A stretch of DNA of 64,000 nt from an uncultured Planctomycetota bacterium. Lineage in GTDB: Bacteria; Planctomycetota; Planctomycetia; Gemmatales; Gemmataceae. Positions 1-11,000 of the stretch are shown in pieces. Made by a program: the position numbers and the translations under genes. The notes under the pieces are model-generated. The model made no database searches and was not told the origin of the DNA. It saw only the letters and a program-made list of their open reading frames with translations. The stretch covers positions 352,001-416,000 of the forward strand of contig CAWKHF010000004.1 in the NCBI GenBank assembly GCA_963849325.1, written 5' to 3'. How positions within the stretch are numbered: the first letter of the stretch is position 1; every line of letters begins with the position of its first letter.

Positions 1-2261
1 GGTGCCCCAGAGGAAGGACGAGCGCGGTTCGCCTTTTTGGCGGAAGCCCGCGGCCCGGAGGAGATGGGTTGGCTCGGCCCTTATCGCATCCGCGGCGTCC
101 TGGGCGAGGGCGGCATGGGCGTGGTCTTCGACGCTGAGGACAGTCAGTTGCGCCGTCGGGTGGCGCTGAAGGTCCTCAAGCCGGAGTTGGCCCTGACGCC
201 GGTCCTCCGCGAGCGGTTCTTGCAAGAGGCTCGCGCCGCCGCCGCCCTGCCGTCCGATCACGTCGTCGTCATCTACCATGTCGATGCCGAACGCGACGTA
301 CCCTTCCTGGCCATGGAATATTTGCACGGCGAATCGCTGGAACAGTGCTTGCATCGAGTTGGCCGGCTGCCCGAGGCCGAGCTGGTCCGCATCGGTCGGG
401 ACATTGCTCGGGGATTGGCCGTGGCTCACGAAAAGGGCTTGATCCACCGCGACATCAAGCCGGCCAATATCTGGTTGGAAACGATGCCGGGCGGGATGGC
501 TCCGCGCGTCAAACTGCTCGATTTCGGCCTGGCCCGCGTGACCGGCGAGGTCCGCAACCTGACCGCGACGGGAATGATCGTGGGCACGCCGCATTATCTG
601 GCGCCCGAGCAGGCTCGCGGCCAGGCGCTGGACGTGCGCTGCGATTTGTTCAGCCTCGGCTGCGTTCTCTATCGAGCCTTGACCGGCGTGCTGCCGTTCA
701 ATGGACCCGATCTGATTAGCTTGCTCAGCGCACTGGCCCTGGATGAGCCGCGTCCCCTCCGCGACCTCGCGCCCGAGACCTCATCGGAGTTGACGGACCT
801 GATTCGTCAGTTGTTGTCCAAGTCGCCGTCCCAGCGGCCGGCGACCGCCCGCGAGGTTGCCGAGCGGCTGGCGCCTCGGACGAGGTTGTGTCGGGACCGG
901 CAATCCCATCCGTGCTTCCCGCGAGCAGCGCGGCGCCCCTCTCACCGCCTCCACCGCGCCCCGCCGCGTCCGGCCGTTTCGGCCTGGGTCTACTGCTGGG
1001 CGGCGTGCTGGCGTCGATGCTTCTGATCCTGGGCGCCTGGGGCTGGCTCAAGAGGAGCGCAGCGCCGGCCAACATCGATTGCTCGCTCCAGGGCCATCCG
1101 ATTCCGGTCGGCGTGCTGCAATCGCTCTCCGGTCCCCTGGTCACCGCCAGCACCTCCATCACCGAGGCCACCGAGTTGGCCATTGACGAGATCAATCAGC
1201 AGGGCGGCGTGCTCGGCAGCCGCGTCGAGCCGATTCGCGTGGACGGCTCGTCCGACGAGTCAGCCTTCGCCGGGCAGGCCCAGCGCCTCATTCTGGAGAA
1301 CCACATTTGCGCTCTGTTCGGCTGCTGCTCGTCAGTCGGCCGCAAACACCTCTCGGCGGTGGTCGAGAGGTACGATAACCTCTTGTTTTATCCGCTGCCG
1401 TGTGAGGGACTGGAACAATCGCCGAACATCGTGTATCTCGGCACCATCCCCAACCAGCAGGTCTTGCCGGGCGTGCAATTCGCCATCGGCACTCTCCACA
1501 AACGACGGCTGTTCCTGGTCGGCTCCGACCACGTTTATTCGCGGACGGTCCACGCCATCCTGCGCGACGCCTTCACCGAGCCGCGTGACGTGCACATCGT
1601 GGGCGAAGAACTATTTCCGCTGAGTGGCGGCGACGTTGACGCCGTGGCCGCGAAAATCGCGGCCGGCGAGGCGGACCTGATTGTCAATACGATTCGCGGC
1701 GATACCAATGGGGCGTTCTTCCGCGCCCTCCATGTCGCTGGCGTGTCCCCGGAGAAAACGCCCACCCTCTCGTTCACCCTGAACGCCGACGAACTGTGCA
1801 CTCTGCCCATCGAGCCAGCGGATCGGCGACTACGTTGCCGGGAGCTTTTTTCCCAGCATCAGCCGGCCGGAGAACACGGCTTTCATCCACAAGTTCCGAG
1901 CGCGTTTCGGCGCCCATCGCGTGGTGACGGACCCAATGGAGTCGGCCTATGTCGCCGTCCATCTGTGGGCCCGTGCGGCGACGGCGGCGGGCGATACCCG
2001 GCCAGCGACGGTACGCCAGGCGATCGAGGGCTTGCGCTTCAACTGCGCCGGGCGGTCCCGTGCGGATCGATCCCGCCACACGCTACGCCTGGAAGGTGGC
2101 GCGGGTCGGCCGAATCGACGAAGGAGGGCAGTTGCGGATCGTATGGAGTTCCGAGGAACCGCTCCAGCCCGAGCCGTTCCCGCCGACTCGCAAGCGTGCG
2201 GAGTGGCGGCGATTCCTGGATGGGATTCTATCGAGACCTGGGTGGCCGTTGGGGACGTTGA
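1..2261 (+). CDS. Ser/Thr protein kinase with TM helix and C-terminal UrtA/AmiC-like periplasmic binding domain (5' truncated by window; about 4 frameshifts)
   Basis: Frame open from base 1. Hanks motifs GEGGMG, VALK, HRDIKPAN, DFG, YLAPE. TM FGLGLLLGGVLASMLLILGAWGWL in the 888 frame, then VGVLQSLSG..AIDEINQQGGVLG, EGLEQSPNIVY, PNQQ typical of urea/amide-binding proteins. C-terminus pieced from the 1921, 1949 and 888 frames. Confidence 0.85.
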
Positions 2262-2290
2262 GGCTCCTTCCCTCGCCGGCGCGAACCAAA

Positions 2291-2345
2291 AAGTTCCAAG
2301 TTCTGAGTTCTAAGTGCCTTTCACTCAGAACTCCGAACTTGGAAT
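2291..2345. repeat. Inverted pair of degenerate 7-mer repeats (AGTTCTG / CAGAACT) between convergent genes
   Basis: aagttccaagttctgagttctaagt ... actcagaactccgaacttggaa; overlaps the hemF stop codon. Confidence 0.8.
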
Positions 2346-3239
2346 CTCATTGGCCCAATCGCGCGGCTTGAGGTAAACCTCGTACAGCTCCGCTTCGCGT
2401 GACCCCGTCTCGGGACGATAATCGTAGACCCAGCGCACGTGCGGCGGCAGCGACATCAGGATCGATTCGATCCGCCCGCCCGTCTTCAGGCCGAAGAGCG
2501 TTCCACGATCGTACAGCAGGTTGAACTCGACGTAACGGCCGCGACGGTACTCCTGAAAGGCCCGCTGCGCTTCCGTGTACGGCTCGTCCTTGCGCCGCCG
2601 CGCGATGGGCAGATACGCCTCCAGGAAATTGTCGCCGCAGTCGCGCACGAAGGCAAACAGCGCTTCGCCGTCGCCTTCGAGGTAATCGAAGAAGATACCG
2701 CCGACGCCGCGAGCCTCACCGCGATGCGGCAAGAAAAAATAATCGTCGCACCATTTCTTCAGATGGGCATAATCAATCGGCGGGGCGTGCCGCGTGCAGA
2801 CATGCTGCCAGACCTTGTGGAAGTGAATGACGTCTTCGCGGTAGGGGTAGTACGGCGTCAGGTCAGCGCCGCCGCCGAACCATTGACGCGAGCCCTTGGT
2901 CAGAAAACGGAAGTTGGCGTGTACGGTCGGCACCATCGGGCTGCGCGGGTGCAGCACCAGGGAGATGCCGCAAGCGGTGAAGTCGCGGCCCTCGCCGGGG
3001 ACTTGTTGGGCAAACTCCTCGGACATGCGGCCATGCACGTCGGAGAAATTGACGCCGGCCTTCTCGAAGACGTTGCCCTCAGCCAGGACCCGCGTCCGTC
3101 CTCCTCCGCCGCCTTCGCGCTGCCAGGCATCCTCGCGGAAGCGCCCGCGACCATCAAGTTGCTCCAGGTCGGCGACGATGCAATCTTGCAGATCGCGGAA
3201 GTAATGGCAGACGCGGTCGCGCAACGGCTCGCTGGACAT
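2325..3239 (-). CDS. hemF: Oxygen-dependent coproporphyrinogen III oxidase
   Basis: EKAGVNFS, PTVHANFR, WFGGGADLTP, RGVGGIFFD, RRGRYVEFNLLYDRGTLFGL, ESILMSLP. Confidence 0.97.
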   Translation of the reverse strand: MSSEPLRDRVCHYFRDLQDCIVADLEQLDGRGRFREDAWQREGGGGGRTRVLAEGNVFEKAGVNFSDVHGRMSEEFAQQVPGEGRDFTACGISLVLHPRSPMVPTVHANFRFLTKGSRQWFGGGADLTPYYPYREDVIHFHKVWQHVCTRHAPPIDYAHLKKWCDDYFFLPHRGEARGVGGIFFDYLEGDGEALFAFVRDCGDNFLEAYLPIARRRKDEPYTEAQRAFQEYRRGRYVEFNLLYDRGTLFGLKTGGRIESILMSLPPHVRWVYDYRPETGSREAELYEVYLKPRDWANEIPSSEF

Positions 3240-3257
3240 AAAAGGTTCCCTCTCTTA

Positions 3258-3460
3258 GCTCGACTTGTGCCCTTTTTTCGTAGGGGGTGAAGCCAGAATA
3301 ACTGCGAGGAATGCAAGGGGTTTTCGGTTTTGGAAACCCCGGTCGTTTCAAAACCCCAATGGTTGAGCTTGAGCACCGAACTTTCGGCGCTCGACAATAA
3401 CCGAGTTTCGGCGCTGAAGCTCAACCATTATGCAACTAAGAAAAAGGGCACAAGTCGAGC
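3258..3460. mobile_element. MITE-like element, 203 bp, terminal inverted repeats and TTA target-site duplication
   Basis: Left end GCTCGACTTGTGCCCTTTTT, right end AAAAAGGGCACAAGTCGAGC (20 bp perfect IR, extends imperfectly). TTA at 3255-3257 and 3461-3463. Internal hairpin aatggttgagctt...aagctcaaccatt. AT-richer than flanks; no transposase. Confidence 0.8.
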
Positions 3461-3580
3461 TTAGACGGCGGCGAACATTCGGCGCCTATTGTAGCGACCG
3501 AAAACGACGGCGGGGCTGCCCCGTTTCTCGGGACGGCCCCGCTCGCGTTCGCCTCGTCTTTGTACCGTTGGCTATTCTTC

Positions 3581-4189
3581 TCACCAGGGGGTCACATAGA
3601 GGGGAACGTACCCGAAGCGACGGAGGTTCGGATAATTCGGCCAATTCCGGCGGTCGTAGTAGTAATCTTCTCGCCAGGGAGCCGGCGCGGCGGGGTCGAT
3701 AAGCAAGGACGGCCGCGGCCGCATCCGGGTGCCTTCGACGGACTCCCCCGCCCTCAACTCGGCGGCGTCGAGAAACGGCCCCGTCTGGGCTCGCGTCTGG
3801 GCGCCGGCAACGAAGTCGAGGGCGATCCGGGCGCCGGGCCGGAAGGAAACGCGGCGCTGACGTTCGACGATGCGGCTACCCTCTCTCCAGCGGACCTTCA
3901 CGTCATAGTAGCACCGCTTGTCGGGACGAAGGAGCGGCGTTGTGAAGCGACGCTCGACGCCTGTCGATTCCATGCGGGCGTCGTCGAACCATACGGCAGC
4001 ATCGTTCGGCACGCGCAAAACAAACTCCGTCGCCACACCGTCCGGCACCGGAACAGCGCGCTTCTCCGACGGCGGGGCCGCTGTTGGCTGAGATGGAGGC
4101 GCAGCTTGCGCCGCACCGAGGGCCAGGCTCAGCGGGACCAGTGCGAGTTTCACAAGGAAGCCGGCTCGTATTCGCTGTTGAAACATCAT
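3581..4189 (-). CDS. Planctomycete TIGR03000-domain exported protein
   Basis: RBS AGGAGG before ATG at 4189; signal peptide; VPNDAAVWFDD..TGVERRFTTPLL..YYYDVKVRW..RVSFRPG matches the TIGR03000 pattern. Confidence 0.8.
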   Translation of the reverse strand: MMFQQRIRAGFLVKLALVPLSLALGAAQAAPPSQPTAAPPSEKRAVPVPDGVATEFVLRVPNDAAVWFDDARMESTGVERRFTTPLLRPDKRCYYDVKVRWREGSRIVERQRRVSFRPGARIALDFVAGAQTRAQTGPFLDAAELRAGESVEGTRMRPRPSLLIDPAAPAPWREDYYYDRRNWPNYPNLRRFGYVPLYVTPW

Positions 4190-4466
4190 GGTTGCCTCCT
4201 CTATCAACATCTCCCCGGAAGGAGAGATCCATAACATATCCCTTGACTCCATCGCTCGCAGCGACTTCACCTTGTCTTAACTATGCTGCGAATGGCGTGC
4301 CGAAATCTCGCGGCAGGGAACGGCGCAGACCAGAGAGGCGCGGCCCGAAAGCATCGGTGAGCTTCTGATTTTTCGCCCGTCGTCTCTTGTCGATCCATTA
4401 CAATAGGGCCATCGGAAAGTGCTGGGCCGAAGGGCCGCCGGTGCCTTCCGCAACGAGAACGATGCC

Positions 4467-6411
4467 ATGCGATACGATTGGCGGCGTTGGATGCTTGGCA
4501 GCGTATTCCTCCTCGGCCTGTCGCTCCTCTCCCCGTCCAGAGAACCTCCCGTGCAGAGGAGCCGGCCGCAGGTTTTCGCCGCCGTTCCGAAGGTCGAGGC
4601 AGTCACGGACCCCAGCGGCTGGTCCACAAACCCTATCGATGGCTTCCTTCGAGCGAAACAGCATGAGCACGGCGTGGGACCGTCCGGCCCGGCTGCCCGA
4701 CGCACGCTGATTCGCCGTGTCTGCTACGATCTCGTCGGCCTGCCGCCGACGCCCGCCGAGGTCGAGGCGTTCTTGCGCGAGGAAACCTCGCACGCCTACG
4801 CTCGGCTGGTCGAGCGTCTGCTCGCCTCGCCGCGCTACGGCGAGCGTTGGGGCCGACACTGGCTCGACGTCGTTCGCTACGCCGATACCGGCGGCTTTGA
4901 GTCCGACCCGCGCTACCCCAGCGCCTGGAAGTATCGCGATTACGTCATCCGCTCCCTCAACGACGACAAGCCCTTTGATCGCTTCATCCAGGAACAGGTC
5001 GCCGGCGACGAACTATGGCCGGAGGATGCGGACGCGGTCTGCGCCACCGGCCTGTACTGCGTCGGCCCGGTGCTGCCGGAGTCGGCCATGGTGAGCGATC
5101 AGCTCGAATACGAATGGCTGACCGACGCCGTCGATACCACCGGGTCGGCCTTCCTCGGTCTGACGTTTGGCTGCGCCCGCTGTCACGATCACAAGTACGA
5201 TCCGATCGCACAGAAAGATTATTTCGCGCTGCAGGCGGTATTCGCGGCCAGCGATCGGCCCTATCCCGGCAAGGTCCGCCAGCTCCGCATCAAGGCGCTC
5301 AATGGCCTGCTCTCCGACGCGCCGGTGCCGAAAGCGTTGGAGCGAGACTCGCGCTGCACCGTGCGCACCGAGGACGAGGCCGGCTTTCGCCTCTTCCACC
5401 GCGCGCGTCCGCTGGGAGGTCCACCGGCTCCATCGCGGCGAGTTGAACAAGCCGCGCGAGGTAATGGGCCCGGCCCTTCCTGGGTTCCTGCTCCGCGGCG
5501 GCCGGAAGCCGGACTTCGTCGGCGTACCGGCCGGCCAGAGGCGGGCGGTGCTGGCGCGATGGCTCACGTCGCCGGACAATCCGATGACGGCGCGGGTGCT
5601 GGTCAACCGTGTCTGGGGCTGGCACTTCGGCCGGGCGATCGTACCGACGCCGGGCGACTTCGGAGCACAAGGCGAGCCGCCGACGCACCCGGAACTGCTC
5701 GACTGGATGGCGCGCGATTTCATCGAGAACGGTTGGAGCCTCAAACGGCTGCATCGACTGATCCTGCTCTCCAGCACTTACCGCATGAGCAGCGTGGCCG
5801 AGGGAGCGGGCCTGCAAATCGATCCGGACAATCGTCTCCTCTGGCACTTCCCGCGCCGGCGACTGGAAGGCGAATCCATCCGCGACAGTCTGCTGGCCTG
5901 CGCCGGCACGCTCAATCCGAAGCTATATGGCCCGCCGGTGGTGCCGCCGCTGAGCGGTTCGGAGCTAACGGGCCTGTTCGATGCGCGCGGCAAGTGGCCG
6001 GTGACAAAGGACGCCGCCGAGCACACGCGGCGCAGCGTCTATGTGCTGGTGCGGCGCACCTTCCTGCATCCGCTGCTGGCATCGTTCGATCCGCCCGAGG
6101 TGATGACCAGCTGTCCGCGGCGGATGCAGACGGTAGTGCCGGCGCAGGCGCTGGCTCTGCTCAACAGTTCGCTGGCGCGCGAGCAGTCGGCCGCCTTCGC
6201 CGGACGACTGCTGCGCGAGTGCGGCGAAGAACCTGTTGAGCAGCTGCCCCGCGCCTGGATGCTGGTCTTCGGCCGCCCGCCGACGCCGGCCGAGACGGAA
6301 CGCGCCCTGGCGTTCCTACGAAAACGGGCCGCCTCCGCGTCACGGGAAACGGCGCTGGCCGAGTTGTGCCTGGCCCTGTTCAACACCAACGAGTTTGTCT
6401 TTGTGGACTGA
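4467..6411 (+). CDS. DUF1549/DUF1553 (PSD1-type) planctomycete protein, one frameshift near 5410
   Basis: NPIDGF, LIRRVCYDLVGLPPT, YGERWGRHWLDVVRYADT, GCARCHDHKYD; second frame NPMTARVLVNRVW, HPELLDW, RRSVY, PAQALALLN, FNTNEFVFVD. Confidence 0.92.
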
Positions 6412-6420
6412 AAACGAGCC

Positions 6421-7891
6421 ATGAACCATCGTTTTTATCCCTTATGGATTTCTCGCCGCGAGATGCTCTGTCAGGCCGGGCTTGGTTTCGGCTCCTGGGC
6501 CTTGCTCGATCTGCTGACGCGCGATGGCCGACTGACTGCGGCAACACCAATGGTTGGCAGCAATCCGCTGGCCGCTCGATGTCCGCATTCGCCGGCGCGG
6601 GCCAAGCACGTGATCTTCCTGTTCATGCAAGGCGGACCCAGCCACATCGACACCTTCGATCCAAAACCGCTGCTGAACAAGCTCCACGGTCAACGGCTGC
6701 CCGACAGCGTCATCGAAGGCCATCAGCTCCAGTTCACCAAACGGGACGCGGCCATTCTCGGCTGTCCGCAGACCTTCCGCCGATGTGGCCGGTCGGGCCT
6801 GGAAATCGCCGATACCTACCCGCACTTGCAGACCTGCGCCGACGAGCTGGCCGTGGTACGTTCGTGCTACCATGACTCGTTCAACCATGCTCCGGCGCAG
6901 TACGTGCTGAACACCGGCTCGGCGCGCATGGGTCGTCCCTGCCTCGGCTCGTGGGTGACGTATGGCCTGGGCAGCGTATCGGAGAACTTGCCCGCCTTCG
7001 TTGTCATGGCCACGACCGGCGACGTCAAGGGCGGCCCGCCGGTCTACGACCGCGGCTTCCTGCCCGGCACCTATCAGCCGACCGTCCTGCGCAATGCCGG
7101 TTCGCCGATGCTGTACCTGGACGCGCCCGCCGGCCACGGCAACGCCGGCCAGCGCGACGTGCTCGATCTGGTGCAGTCGCTCAATGACGACCACCGCACG
7201 GCCCGCGGCGGCGACGTGAGCGATCTGTCGGCGCGCATCGCCTCCTACGAGTTGGCCTTCCGCATGCAGAGCGCCGTGCCCGACGCGGTGGACCTAGCTC
7301 GGGAGACCGAGGCGACGAAACGGCTGTACGGCCTGGACGACAAGATGTCGGCGAAATTCGGCACCGACTGTCTGCTGGCGCGGCGGCTGGTGGAGCGCGG
7401 CGTGCGCTTCGTACAGATTTTCACCGGCAGCGCCGGTGCTGACGACTGGGACGCGGCCCACGCCGACAACGACCGCACGCACCGCGACATGGCTCGGCGC
7501 ATCGATAAACCGATCGCGGGCCTGCTGAAGGACCTCCAAGCGCGGGGTCTGCTGGACGAGACGCTGGTGATCTGGGGCGGCGAGTTTGGCCGCACGCCGG
7601 TGGCTGACGGCCGCTATCCCGACAAGCGCAGCCGGCCGCGACCATAACCCCTACGGCTTCACGATCTGGTTGGCCGGGGGCGGCGTCAAGGGCGGTCGGG
7701 CCATCGGCGCCACCGACGAGTTCGGCTTCCGCGCCGTCCACGACCGCGTCCACGTCAACGACTTGCACGCCACCATCCTGCGGCTGCTCGGCCTGGACCA
7801 CGAGCAGCTGACGTTCCTGTTCCAGGGCCGCCATCAGCGCCTGACCGACGTTGGCGGCCACCGCGAGTTCACCGAGCGCTTGCTCGCTTAG
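6421..7891 (+). CDS. DUF1501 family protein, frameshift near 7635
   Basis: [77 protein letters not shown]. Confidence 0.93.
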
Positions 7892-7912
7892 GGGCTTGTC
7901 CAAAGAAACTTC

Positions 7913-7977
7913 GTTTAGCCGCGACGCGCAGCGGAGCGCGGGGCTGTCCCGCGCTCCGCTGCGCGTCGCGGCTAAAC
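7913..7977. repeat. REP-like palindrome, family A copy 1
   Basis: GTTTAGCCGCGACGCGCAGCGGAGCGCGGG ... CCCGCGCTCCGCTGCGCGTCGCGGCTAAAC; near-identical copies at 37569 and 53305. Confidence 0.9.
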
Positions 7978-8019
7978 TTAGAACTTTTTGCTGGGCGGTC
8001 CCTGGGAAATCCGATGCCC

Positions 8020-11000
8020 TCAATCCCAATGTTTGATGTCTTCCAGTAGGTGCAGCACGTCGTTGCGGCGCTTCTCGAAGATGGCGAACAGCGTCAGAAT
8101 GGCCGCCCCCAGGACGATGCCGGACACCCACCACACCCACGTCTGATAGCGGTCCACGGCCGCATACCAGATCATGGTGAACACGTCGAGGAACAGGAAG
8201 CTGATGCCGAGGAACAAAAACGCCCGCACGCGGAAGAGAATGCCGAGAAGAATGCCGGCCAGCGACAGGACGGCCAGCACGATCGGCAGCCCGACCGAGT
8301 TGCCGAGTCCAGCGAGGAACAGGTCGGCCGTCGAGGACACGTAAATCATGCTGATGCCGAGGTAGCGCAGTCCGGTGCTCAGCTCGGGCCGTAGACGGTC
8401 GCGGTTGACGTGTTCGGAGGCCAGCACGATCAGGGCCAGCGGGATGAGCCAGCATTGCGGATGCAGGAGGAAGGCGATGCCGTGGTGCGTCAGCAGCGAC
8501 CACAGGGCGAAGTTGGCGGCCAGCGCCGCCAGCAGGGCGAAGCGGAACGAGCGCCGCGTCAGGGACACGACGGTATACAGACCGCACACGAGCAACCAGA
8601 GAAGGGCGTAAGAGTCGAAGGTTGGGACGGCTTGTGCAGTTCGGCGAGCAGAGGCGGCAAACCCGGTGCGGAGGGCCGCACCCAGAAGGCGAACAACGGC
8701 AACAGCGGCAGGAAGACGCCCGTGCGCTGCAACGGCTCGGCCAGCACCCGCAGCTTGCGCCACTCGAAGAATTCGCTCAGACCCACACCCAGGAAGGCAA
8801 TCAGCATCACGACGAACGGCCAGTATCGGCTGAGCCAGCCGTGGAACAGCTGCGGCACCGTGAGACGGAGGTGAACGAACAGCAGCACCAGGAGAAGCTC
8901 GATAGCGTAGACGTAGACCGTGCGGCCGCGCTCGGATAGTCCAAGGGGATCGCGGCCGGGCACCACGGCGAAGCGGATGCCGCTGACCATGAGCGTGACC
9001 AGCGCGGCCAGCACGACGAGGACGGCGGGCCAGGCCATCGGCGTGCGCCGCGTGGCGGCGTCGTAGAGCCGGAATTCCTGCACCAGCAGGACGAGCAGAG
9101 TCAGCGAGGCCAGTGCGCCGAGTACCGGGCCGAGGCGCCGTCCCCAGCGTACCCACTCGGGATCGCGGGCCAGACCGCGCGGCAGGGCGACGCCGTAGAG
9201 CGCCGTCATGGCGGCCAGGGACACCATGAGGAGAACATTGCGATGCAGCCCCGGCACCGGGCCGGCGGGGTCGGGACACGCCCAGCCAATCTCGGCGGCG
9301 GCCACGGCGCCGAACACCAGCGCCGCGGGACGCAACCAGTCGGCGAAGGGGAACTCCGGGGCAGCACGGATCAGCAGTACCGCGGCGGGAACGAGCAGCA
9401 GCACCGCTGCGGGACCGGCCAAACGATCGGTGAGCGCAGCGAAATCCAGGCACATCCACAGGCTCAGGGCGATCACGACGCCGGCCACGGTTGCCTGCGC
9501 CGGCAGGAACCAGCGGTCGCGGGAACGTTTGAAGGCGTGAGCAATCAAGCTGGCGAGGACGGTGTAGCCGGCAAGGGTCAGCGCGGCACTCCAACCCAGC
9601 CCCGTCGGCGTCCGCTTCAGACCGTGCAGCGCCAGGCCGACAGCCGACAGCCCCAGGAGGTAAAGTCCGGGTGGAGCGAACGGAGGCGCGGCGGTCCCAC
9701 AGACCCAGGATCAGGGCCACCCCCACGGTCGCGGCGGCGGTCCAGGCCAGCGCCGCGGAGACAGCGATCCCAGGTGGATGCAAGTCCGATCCTATCGCCA
9801 GAGTGACGACAAGGACCAGGAGGGCGAGAGCGAGATTGACGGCGAAGTGCGCAAAGGGCAATAAGGTAAGCCGGACTATCGAGCGCATGGTCGCATCCGT
9901 CGTCCCGGTCGAGACGGAGGGCGGCAAGAGCAGATCCACAGCCGTCCAGAACGCGGCGGCCGCTGCGAGACCGATAGCGTTGGTCAAGAGGAAGCCGATC
10001 GCGGTATCGGTCCCCCAGGCCGACCAGAACAACACGCCAATGAGATCCAGAAGCAGCCCCGAGATCCAGACGTAGTACGGGCGCCGCGACCAAATCGCCA
10101 GGGCACCGGCCATGAGGCTGACGATGAGGACGGCCGCGGCCGGGACCGTCGGCCGCAGCGGATCGCGCCAGCCGTTGCTCAGGACCAACAGGAGGATGGC
10201 CAGGCCGATGCCTTCCATCCAGCGACGGAGTTCTCGCGGCCCGAAGACGGCGGCGAAGCGGCGTGAGGGGGTGTCGCCCTGCTCCGCCGAGGTCAGACCG
10301 GCGGCGCGGAAGGAGAACGTCACGCAGCCGACGGCCGTGGCCGCCAGGCCGAGGCCGCACCAGGCGGACAGTAGGACGTGCAACGAAAGCCAGTTGCCGG
10401 TGTCCCACAGGCCGGCCGTGCAGGCGGCGAGGACGCCGGCCGACAGGCCCGCAATTCCCAGGACGTGGATGCGGCCGCGCGGCGTGCTGACAGCGAAGTG
10501 CCAGTAGGCCGCTATCGCCGACAGCAGTAGCGCCGCCCAGCCGGCGAGCGAGCCGAACTCGACGAAGAACGCGCCGGGCGGAGTGCCGGGATTTTCGTAC
10601 ACACGCAGAAGGGGCAAGAGCAGCAAGACGGTTTGGGCCGCGAGGGACGCTGTCGCCTGAATCGCCAGCAGCGGTCCCGACGGACGGTACGCCAACCCGC
10701 GCCGCACCCCCAGCCATACAAGGGCGACGCCGGCGCTGGCGATCACGTTGGCCTGCACAACGGCGAGCCACGAAGGCGGCAACGGGTGGTACAACCGCCA
10801 CACGAGCAGCGACACCGCCACGTTCGCCGCCAACCCGGCGAGGAAAGCCAACTCTTCGCCGCGCCGGTACACGGCGAGAAAGGCCGCGGCGATACCGCAC
10901 AGGGAGACGGCTGACGCGGCCCAGAGATATTCCTGGCGCGTGGCGGCCACGTTCAGCGACCACAAGATACCCCAGACGCAGGGCAGCAGCATCGCCGGCG

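Noticed and set aside
4467-7891. DUF1549/1553 plus DUF1501 pair as a novel system
   Set aside because: A well-known, highly multicopy planctomycete gene pair; nothing distinctive here
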